From contig CACMWW010000005.1 of assembly GCA_902617525.1 (NCBI GenBank), forward strand, positions 17,135 to 81,134: a stretch of 64,000 nucleotides of DNA, read 5' to 3'. Positions 57,362 to 64,000 of this stretch are shown here, piece by piece. The translations under genes and the position numbers were made by a program. This DNA is from an uncultured Pelagibacteraceae bacterium (GTDB lineage: Bacteria; Pseudomonadota; Alphaproteobacteria; Pelagibacterales; AG-422-B15). Within the stretch, counting starts at the first letter, position 1. Every line of letters starts with the position of its first letter. Under the pieces are notes generated by a model that saw nothing but the letters and a program-made list of their open reading frames with translations, had not been told where the DNA came from and ran no database searches.

Positions 57362-58486
57362 ATGCCAAAATACGATGTAACTAAAAAGTTCATTGATAAC
57401 TTGCGAGAAGGCAAGGTAAGTCGTAGGTCTTTTGTAAAGGGTATGGGTGCAGCTGGTGTTCTAGGTTTAACATCCGGTCTTGTTCCTGCTACTAATGCAT
57501 TTGCATCTACTGGACGTGCTTTTGTTTGGGGCGGTTATGATGACGATGGTCTATTTGGACCATATGTTGAAGCTCACGGATCACCAGAATATTCAACTTT
57601 TGGAGATGCGGAAGAAGGTCTTCAAAAATTAAAAGCTGGTTTTGAAGTTGATGTTGCTTGGCCTTGCCAAGGTGAAATTGCACGATGGGTAAGAGCTGGT
57701 GTTATTCAGCCACTGGACACATCAAGATTAGAAAACTGGGGAGATATGTTCCCAGAAGTTAGAGACTTACCAAGTGGTATAGTTAACGGACAAAACTATT
57801 TTGCACCGGTTGACTGGGGAGACACAAGCATTGTGTACAACACTGATAAAGTCACTTGGATGCAACCAGGTAATGAAAGTCTATATCTCTTAGAAGATCC
57901 AAGAATGAAAGGTAAAATTGGAGTACTTGATAGTGCTGCCGATAGTTTATTCTTGATGATGCATTATCTAGGAACAGACATTAAGGACATTAACCAATTA
58001 AATAAAGCGGCTATTGATCAAGGTATCAATAAGTTCCGTGAACTCAGAGATAATGGAAACATTAGAACATTCTTCGCTGACTCTGCTTCTATTGCTGAAG
58101 CAATTGGAAACGAAGAGGTCTGGGCTTCAATTTGTTGGAATGAAACATCATGGGAGACTGGTTACCCAATGATGCGTCCTGTTGAAGGTACAATGACATG
58201 GGCATGCGGACTTGCAATTGCAACAGGTGCAAATCTAGATGTTGCTTATGACATGATTAACGCTGCAACTAGTGCCGAAACTTCAGCTTATCTATTAAGC
58301 GAATGGGGTTATGGACACTCTAACCAAAAAGGCTTTGGCTCACTTACTGCAGATGAGCTAGCTGAAAGAGGAGTTGCTCCAAACCCAGCTGAACACTTAG
58401 CGAATGGTGCATTCTCAGTAATGCCACCAGATGATGTAACGGATTACATGGAAGCTCAGTGGGCAGAAATGACTGCTGGCGGTTAA
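57362..58486 (+). CDS. ABC transporter periplasmic substrate-binding protein (PotD/PotF-like) with twin-arginine signal
   Basis: 374 aa. The N-terminus has SRRSFVKGMGAAGVLGL...ATNAFAS (Tat consensus S-R-R-x-F-x-K). It sits adjacent to PotABC-like genes. Confidence 0.85.
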   Translation: MPKYDVTKKFIDNLREGKVSRRSFVKGMGAAGVLGLTSGLVPATNAFASTGRAFVWGGYDDDGLFGPYVEAHGSPEYSTFGDAEEGLQKLKAGFEVDVAWPCQGEIARWVRAGVIQPLDTSRLENWGDMFPEVRDLPSGIVNGQNYFAPVDWGDTSIVYNTDKVTWMQPGNESLYLLEDPRMKGKIGVLDSAADSLFLMMHYLGTDIKDINQLNKAAIDQGINKFRELRDNGNIRTFFADSASIAEAIGNEEVWASICWNETSWETGYPMMRPVEGTMTWACGLAIATGANLDVAYDMINAATSAETSAYLLSEWGYGHSNQKGFGSLTADELAERGVAPNPAEHLANGAFSVMPPDDVTDYMEAQWAEMTAGG

Positions 58487-58508
58487 TCTTAAATTTGTGA
58501 AATCATTA

Positions 58509-58546
58509 ATAGCCTGTTCTCTTATTGAGAGCAGGCTATTTTTTTT
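58509..58546 (+). terminator. Rho-independent terminator after the binding-protein gene
   Basis: A 13-bp stem ATAGCCTGTTCTC / GAGAGCAGGCTAT (one G-U pair) with loop TTATT, followed by T8. The 3' arm and T-run overlap the stop codon and last codons of the convergent ATPase gene. Confidence 0.7.
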
Positions 58547-59618
58547 GCAGTAAGCTAATATCTTCTAAACTAATACTTATAAAACAAGTATTATTCTCAA
58601 ATGACTGATTATCAAAGTGCTGGGATGATACAGTTATTACTTTATTTATTCCTGATACCTCAACATAAAATCTTGTCATTTCCCCTAAGTAGGAAGTCTG
58701 ATTTATTTTTGCTTCTAAGCAAATATCCCAATCAGATTTATCTCTAGAAATCATCATTGACTCTGGTCGAACACTACAAACAACATCAGATGAATTCTCT
58801 GGAATATTTAGGTTATTCTTGACTTTAAAATCACCAAGATCTTCAATCGCAACATTAATTTGATCGCCATCTTTTGACTTTGTAGATGCTTTTAAAAAGT
58901 TTGTTTCTCCAATGAAATCACTTACAAAAATATTTTCTGGGTTCTTATAAAGTTCATTTGGAGCAGAAAGTTGTTGTATCTTGCCTTCACTCATAACAGC
59001 AACTCTATCAGACATGCTGATGGCTTCTTGTTGATCATGAGTTACAAATACAAAGGTAATTCCAATTTCTTTCTGTAGCGTTCTCAATTCAAGTTGCATT
59101 TCGTCTCTTAATTTTTTATCCAATGCTCCAAGAGGCTCATCTAATAAAAGAACTTTTGGTTGTCTAACTAAAGCTCTTGCTAACGCAACACGCTGTCTTT
59201 GCCCACCAGATAATTGCCCACTGAATCTTTCCTCATAACCCTCAAGCTTTACAAGGGCTAAAACATCATCAACTCTTTTTTTAATTTCGTCATCAGTCAA
59301 ACCAAGTTTTCTTAATCCAAATTTTATATTTTGCTCAACATTAATGTGAGGAAATATGGCGTAGTTTTGAAATACCATATTTGTAGGTCTTTTATCAGGA
59401 GGCAATGCGGTGATATCACTGCCATCGATTAATAAATTACCATTTGTTGGATATTCAAATCCTGCTAACAATCGAAGTAAAGTTGTCTTTCCACATCCTG
59501 ATGGACCCAACAAAGAAAAGAACTCTCCTTCTTTAATTGAAAAAGAGACGTCATCAACTGCTTTTACATTTCCAAAATGTTTTGAAATTCCATTTATCTG
59601 AATAAAATTTTCGTTCAT
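58536..59618 (-). CDS. ABC transporter ATP-binding protein (PotA-like)
   Basis: 360 aa with GPSGCGKTT, LSGGQRQR and LLLDEPLGALD, plus a C-terminal TOBE-like domain. Confidence 0.92.
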   Translation of the reverse strand: MNENFIQINGISKHFGNVKAVDDVSFSIKEGEFFSLLGPSGCGKTTLLRLLAGFEYPTNGNLLIDGSDITALPPDKRPTNMVFQNYAIFPHINVEQNIKFGLRKLGLTDDEIKKRVDDVLALVKLEGYEERFSGQLSGGQRQRVALARALVRQPKVLLLDEPLGALDKKLRDEMQLELRTLQKEIGITFVFVTHDQQEAISMSDRVAVMSEGKIQQLSAPNELYKNPENIFVSDFIGETNFLKASTKSKDGDQINVAIEDLGDFKVKNNLNIPENSSDVVCSVRPESMMISRDKSDWDICLEAKINQTSYLGEMTRFYVEVSGINKVITVSSQHFDNQSFENNTCFISISLEDISLLQKK

Positions 59619-59623
59619 ATTTT

Positions 59624-60433
59624 TTATAATTTAATAGCTATATCCTTTTTTTCTTTGCCTTGTCCAACATTTCTCAACCAGAATGCTAACAAAACAATAA
59701 AAGTAGTAAACACAATTATCACCGCTCCCAAAGCAAGTACATGTGGGAGTTTTTTCACAAATCGCATTTGATTCCACATATACATTGGTAAAGTTGCATC
59801 ACTGCCAGATAGAAAGAATGCCAGAATAAATTCATCAAAGGATATAATAAAACTTAGTAATAAAGCTGCTATTATACCTGGCAAATAAAGAGGTAGTGAT
59901 ACTCTGTAAAAAGTTCCCCATGCATTTTCCCCTAAATCGCGTGAAGCTTCTTCTAAAGAAAAGTCAAAACCTTCTATTCGCGCAATCAATATCAACATTG
60001 CAAATGGAGTGCAAAATAATATGTGTCCTATTGTTACTGGAACCAGACCCAATGGAAAACCAAGGTTGATCCATATAATTAATATTGATACTGCTAAAAT
60101 AATTTCTGGTATTAAAAACGGCATCATTATGGCTCCGTAAGAAACATTCTGACCCCTAAATTTGTATCTAACAAATGCCTTTGCAGCGAGAAGTGCAATT
60201 GCTGTACTTACAACGCTTGCAACAACGCCGACTTTAACGCTCGCCCATAAAGCTTTATGTAAGTTTCGCTTTGACCACATTTCCTCATAATGATCTGTGG
60301 TAAATCCTGCTAATGGAAATGACATATAATTTGCATCATTAAAACTGAAAATCGGTAAAAAAAGAACCGGTATATAGAGAAAACCAAAATATATTAATGT
60401 GTAAACTAGAAGTGAATTGTTTTTTTCATTCAT
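59624..60433 (-). CDS. ABC transporter permease (PotC-like)
   Basis: 269 aa, six TM helices, with an EAA-type loop (EEASRDLGENAWGTF). Confidence 0.85.
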   Translation of the reverse strand: MNEKNNSLLVYTLIYFGFLYIPVLFLPIFSFNDANYMSFPLAGFTTDHYEEMWSKRNLHKALWASVKVGVVASVVSTAIALLAAKAFVRYKFRGQNVSYGAIMMPFLIPEIILAVSILIIWINLGFPLGLVPVTIGHILFCTPFAMLILIARIEGFDFSLEEASRDLGENAWGTFYRVSLPLYLPGIIAALLLSFIISFDEFILAFFLSGSDATLPMYMWNQMRFVKKLPHVLALGAVIIVFTTFIVLLAFWLRNVGQGKEKKDIAIKL

Positions 60434-60436
60434 GAT

Positions 60437-61321
60437 TTAAGAAAGCCTCTGTGTAAGTCTTTTTGTTGTGTATGAGACAATTGCTGTTATGAGAATAACG
60501 GTCGTCAGCATGATTGTGGCTGATGCCGCTCCAAGTGGTATATTGTTTATTTTTCCAAAATAAGCTTGGATCATATTTGATAACATTCTTCCCTCAGTGC
60601 CCCCAATTAAGGCAGGCGTTACATAATCACCTACAGTTGGAATAAATATTATTAAAATCGCACCAATGACACCTGGCAAGGAAAGAGGAAATGTCACTTT
60701 CCAAAATACTTCAAATTTTGATAAACCTAGATCTCTTGCAGCTTCAATATATGAAAAGTCTATTTTCTCAAGAGACACGTAAAGTGGTAATAAAGCAAAT
60801 GCTGCCCAAGCATGTGTTAGAGTAATAATAACAGCTTCCTCCGAGTACATAAGAAATGTAAGAGGCTCACTAATAATGCCTGCACCTAATAATGTTGAAT
60901 TGAAAACTCCTTTGGTGCCCAGTATGATTTTCCAAGAAAATACTCTTAATAGGTATGAAGTCCAAAAAGGTAAGGTTAATAAAACTAACCATAACATTTT
61001 GTTTTTTTTCACATAAAAAGCGATGTAATAGCATACAGGGTACGCTGTTAGAAGAGTGATCAGTGTTACAATGAATGATATTTTAACCGACTTAATGAGA
61101 AGCGAGACAAGCAAACTTTTTTCAAAAAAGTCAATGTATCGCTGAAATGTTGGAGTGAAATCAATCTCCATCATGCTTACTTGTGTAAAAGAGCTAAAAC
61201 TTAGCATTAATGCCATAGGAATAAGCATTACGAGAATTATTAAAAATAATGCAGGAGACAGTAATGAATATGCTTTTGCATTATCACTCTTAGAGTATAA
61301 ATTTCGCCAAGCTTGAAACAT
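60437..61321 (-). CDS. ABC transporter permease (PotB-like)
   Basis: 294 aa with an EAA-type loop (IEAARDLGLSKFEVF). Confidence 0.85.
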   Translation of the reverse strand: MFQAWRNLYSKSDNAKAYSLLSPALFLIILVMLIPMALMLSFSSFTQVSMMEIDFTPTFQRYIDFFEKSLLVSLLIKSVKISFIVTLITLLTAYPVCYYIAFYVKKNKMLWLVLLTLPFWTSYLLRVFSWKIILGTKGVFNSTLLGAGIISEPLTFLMYSEEAVIITLTHAWAAFALLPLYVSLEKIDFSYIEAARDLGLSKFEVFWKVTFPLSLPGVIGAILIIFIPTVGDYVTPALIGGTEGRMLSNMIQAYFGKINNIPLGAASATIMLTTVILITAIVSYTTKRLTQRLS

Positions 61322-61357
61322 AAGAAAATTTTAATTTATATAAATAATTGATGCAAT

Positions 61358-62713
61358 TTATATTTCTTTTTTGCTTCTATCCGTGAGATTAGCATACCAC
61401 AAATATAATCTTAAATACCAAAGTCTTAAAAATCCAAATGGGATTTTAGGTGATAGGCCCTGATAGACTTTTGAAATGTTTGTTTCCCCACTATTTGACT
61501 CGTAAATCATTTCAGCTAATTTTTTACCACAATAGACAGTTGTATTATTACCGTTAGCTTGATAGCCGTATGAAAAATATACAGACTTATCTTCTTCTAA
61601 TGCACCAAATGCGGGAACAAAGTCACGAGTCATAACAACAGTGCCTCTCCAATAATGATCAATATCGACCTTGTCCCAATTTGGAAATACCCCACGAAAT
61701 TTTTTTGTCATGAATTCTTGCATTCTCTCTGCGCTCTTTTCATCACCGTAGGTGTCGCCTCTTGTTCCAAATAACATCCTGTTTGAAGGCATTCTTCTAT
61801 AATAATACAAGATCTCTCTAGAGTTGCAGATTGGATTAAGAGTTTTATAGTTCTGTAGTTTGAACTCGTCTTCTGACATTTCTCTAGTAACAATTATATT
61901 TGATAAAACAGGCATCATTCTATTTGCAAAACTTGGATGAAGAGACTCATCTGTGTATCCATTTGTTGCAACAACAACCTTATTTGCAGTAATCGATCCG
62001 CTATCTGTAATTAATTTATGCGAACCGTTTCTTTCCCATTTTTTCACTCTAGAAAAACTATGAAGTTTCGCTCCCACATCAACAGTTGCTGATGCAAAGC
62101 CATTCATAAAAGCCATTGGGTTCATTGCAAATCCTGCTTCAGTAAAAACAGCTCCAAATTGTTCTGTTGATTGATGTCCAACTTCATCAAACTCCTCTTT
62201 GGGTATCCACTTGGTGTTAATACCAAAATATTTTTTAAGATCGTTGCCCCACTCCTTTAATTCCTCACTGCTATCAGGGTGATGAGCAACATCTAGATTG
62301 CCTGTGCCAGTTTTTTCACATTCAATATTATTTTCCGAAATAAGTGAGGATAAAAGTTCAACACCTTCAATTTGAGAAGAAAAAAATTTCTTTGTTTCAT
62401 CCAGGCCAAACTTTGCAATCAGTTGGTTGACCGATAGTTTTGTTGCAGGCAAACAACAAAAGCCAGCATTCCTTGCACTGCTTGCAAATCCAAAATGCCC
62501 TGCCTCTAGTAATCTTACGTCACCGCTGTAATTTTTTGCAATGTGATAAGCTGTACTTATTCCAGTAAAGCCGCCACCTATTACACAAACATCACAGCTT
62601 TCATCAGTTGTGAGCTTAGGATATTTGTCTTGTTCTATTTGACTGACTTTTTCCCAGTAACTTTTTACTGGCTTATTAACGTCGTAAATATCTTTGTTAT
62701 AAAGTTGCTTCAT
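61358..62713 (-). CDS. FAD-dependent oxidoreductase (DAO family; gamma-glutamylamine oxidase PuuB-like)
   Basis: CDVCVIGGGFTGISTAYHIA dinucleotide fold. ATG 62713 (MKQLYNK...) is preferred; the track start at 62761 would overlap the upstream gene. Confidence 0.8.
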   Translation of the reverse strand: MKQLYNKDIYDVNKPVKSYWEKVSQIEQDKYPKLTTDESCDVCVIGGGFTGISTAYHIAKNYSGDVRLLEAGHFGFASSARNAGFCCLPATKLSVNQLIAKFGLDETKKFFSSQIEGVELLSSLISENNIECEKTGTGNLDVAHHPDSSEELKEWGNDLKKYFGINTKWIPKEEFDEVGHQSTEQFGAVFTEAGFAMNPMAFMNGFASATVDVGAKLHSFSRVKKWERNGSHKLITDSGSITANKVVVATNGYTDESLHPSFANRMMPVLSNIIVTREMSEDEFKLQNYKTLNPICNSREILYYYRRMPSNRMLFGTRGDTYGDEKSAERMQEFMTKKFRGVFPNWDKVDIDHYWRGTVVMTRDFVPAFGALEEDKSVYFSYGYQANGNNTTVYCGKKLAEMIYESNSGETNISKVYQGLSPKIPFGFLRLWYLRLYLWYANLTDRSKKEI

Positions 62714-62730
62714 ACTCTCTCGCTTAGAGA

Positions 62731-63969
62731 TTATGGTAACTGCATGTTGGTAAAATACCAATTATAAAAGTAAGTTACCGCTGACTCATTTTCAGATAAA
62801 ACTCCAGGTTTAAAAGACTGTGATAGAAGGCCTTCCTGGTTATTTTCAATTATTGTTGTATCATGCGCCGTAGTAACATCCCAAATATAGCTTACTTCCT
62901 CGGGCTTAAAGTCTTTATTCTCCTCAGCTTCCTCGTTTACGAGCCATATGAGTTCCACTTCAGACTCTAGAAGTGAGATGGGTTTAAAAATAAACATGAC
63001 GCCAAAATCATTTGTGAAATAACAACAGCCAAATGGATTAAAGCTTACTTGGGTTAATCCTCCATCAAAATCTTTAAACTGTCCCATTAGTGAAGAAGCT
63101 GGCTTTCCATCTTTGGTTTGTGATAAGTTTCCGTTTCCAATTGGAGTTCTGTCAACATATCTGTTTAAGCCTTTTTTTAATCCTTCTTCTGTTTCAAGAT
63201 AAACCTCAGACGGAGTTCCATTTTTTTTACATTCCTCGACCCAAGGTTTAATTTTATTTAGATATTCATCAGTCTCTTTTTGAGGTGCAGTACCTATTCC
63301 AGCACCCATTGCGACAACCCAGTCTTTATCCTGTACTGCACAAAGCTCTGGATGTGCTGTAGGACAGTGATAACACTCCTGAAAATTTTCAAGAACTAAT
63401 TTAAAATTTGCATGAGTTGGATATTTTTTTCTTATCGCAATTTTTGACTTACTCGTCTGATGAAATTCCATCATTTCTTTTAGAGGCTCAATGAATTCAT
63501 CAAAATTCATTGGTTCTTCTAATGATAAGTTAATAAATATTAATCCTTCATAAATTTTAAAATGGCACTCTCTAAGACCCCACTCTTCTTTTTTAAAATC
63601 CTCCGGCATAAAACGTGCAGCTTTAAGCTCACCTTCTGCTGAAAAACTCCAGGCATGATAGGGACACACTAAAAGTTTTTTTGATCCCTCTTCATCTAAA
63701 CAAATTCTTGATCCTCGATGAGTGCAAACATTATAAAATGCTCTTACTTCATTGTCTCTTCCTCTAATAACTATGATGGACTCCTTTTCGGCATCAAAAA
63801 CAAAATAATCACCTGGATTAGGAATACGACTGATGTGATCTACCATTAACCACTGTTTGAAATAAATTCGCTTCATCTCTTCGGAAAAAATATTCGAATC
63901 TGTATAAAAGTCTTGGGGTAATGTTTTACCCTCCTGATAGTTTTTTAGCAGATGGTTAAACTCGAGCAT
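62731..63969 (-). CDS. Rieske [2Fe-2S] non-haem-iron oxygenase alpha subunit (GbcA/CntA/choline-monooxygenase-like)
   Basis: 412 aa with Rieske motifs CTHRG...CPYHAW and a mononuclear-iron region NFKLVLENFQECYHCPTAHPEL. Confidence 0.85.
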   Translation of the reverse strand: MLEFNHLLKNYQEGKTLPQDFYTDSNIFSEEMKRIYFKQWLMVDHISRIPNPGDYFVFDAEKESIIVIRGRDNEVRAFYNVCTHRGSRICLDEEGSKKLLVCPYHAWSFSAEGELKAARFMPEDFKKEEWGLRECHFKIYEGLIFINLSLEEPMNFDEFIEPLKEMMEFHQTSKSKIAIRKKYPTHANFKLVLENFQECYHCPTAHPELCAVQDKDWVVAMGAGIGTAPQKETDEYLNKIKPWVEECKKNGTPSEVYLETEEGLKKGLNRYVDRTPIGNGNLSQTKDGKPASSLMGQFKDFDGGLTQVSFNPFGCCYFTNDFGVMFIFKPISLLESEVELIWLVNEEAEENKDFKPEEVSYIWDVTTAHDTTIIENNQEGLLSQSFKPGVLSENESAVTYFYNWYFTNMQLP

Positions 63970-64000
63970 TTATTTAAGATGCAGACCAAAGGCCTTCTTT

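Noticed and set aside
63974-64000. Tail of another minus-strand ORF (…KEGLWSAS-stop) at the right edge.
   Set aside because: Only 8 codons are visible, too little to call. It is mentioned only as the possible missing partner (for example a reductase) of the Rieske oxygenase.
1-64000. Searched by eye for CRISPR-like spaced repeats, long direct or inverted repeats, IS/transposase or integrase genes, prophage genes, toxin-antitoxin pairs and rRNA.
   Set aside because: None recognised. The two tRNA genes are not flanked by integrase genes or direct repeats that would mark an integrated element. A computational repeat search would be needed to exclude short dispersed repeats.

Overview
This 64-kb window is strongly AT-rich (about 30% G+C by eye, not computed) and extremely gene-dense. 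Gene content and order are: selO, cytochrome c'/b561, ggt, tRNA-Ser, lepA, pheT-pheS-rplT-rpmI-infC-thrS, LPS-core glycosyltransferases, queG, gltD-gltB, uppP, kdsD-lptC-lptA-lptB, tRNA-Ala, aroA-cmk-rpsA-ihfB-pyrF, trpF-trpB-trpA-accD-folC, trxA, rmuC-sbcB, pdxH, djlA. This fits the core chromosome of a streamlined marine alphaproteobacterium of the SAR11/Pelagibacterales type; that taxonomic call is inference from synteny and composition. I can support about 66 protein genes, including one partial gene at the left edge and two sub-60-aa candidates missing from the ORF track. I also support 2 tRNAs, 2 intrinsic terminators, one good sigma70-like promoter and a few candidate regulatory sites. 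I saw no rRNA, CRISPR array, transposase, integrase or phage genes, and no obvious defence island. Most of the window is ordinary housekeeping DNA. The last ~12 kb (51.8-64.0 kb) is the accessory-looking part. It is an amine/polyamine-type catabolic cluster with an ABC importer, a glutamine-synthetase-family ligase, an amidase, an FAD oxidase, a Rieske oxygenase and a paralog of that oxygenase whose Rieske cluster-binding segment is deleted. Other items worth a second look:
- a GC-rich multi-hairpin RNA element with a terminator immediately upstream of a LysE exporter;
- tandem DnaA-box-like repeats next to that element;
- two GTCA-N7-TGACAT palindromes in front of gltDB;
- a trpA frameshift in an A-run, next to a trpB with substitutions at normally invariant catalytic motifs;
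- a ThrRS lacking the N-terminal TGS domain;
- a non-AUG infC start;
- a tightly coupled nuclease cluster (SNase-like / small Cys-His protein / ExoI / RmuC);
- five convergent gene pairs with interlocked stop codons.
All functional calls come from motif recognition in the supplied translations and my own reading of the DNA. No database search was run.
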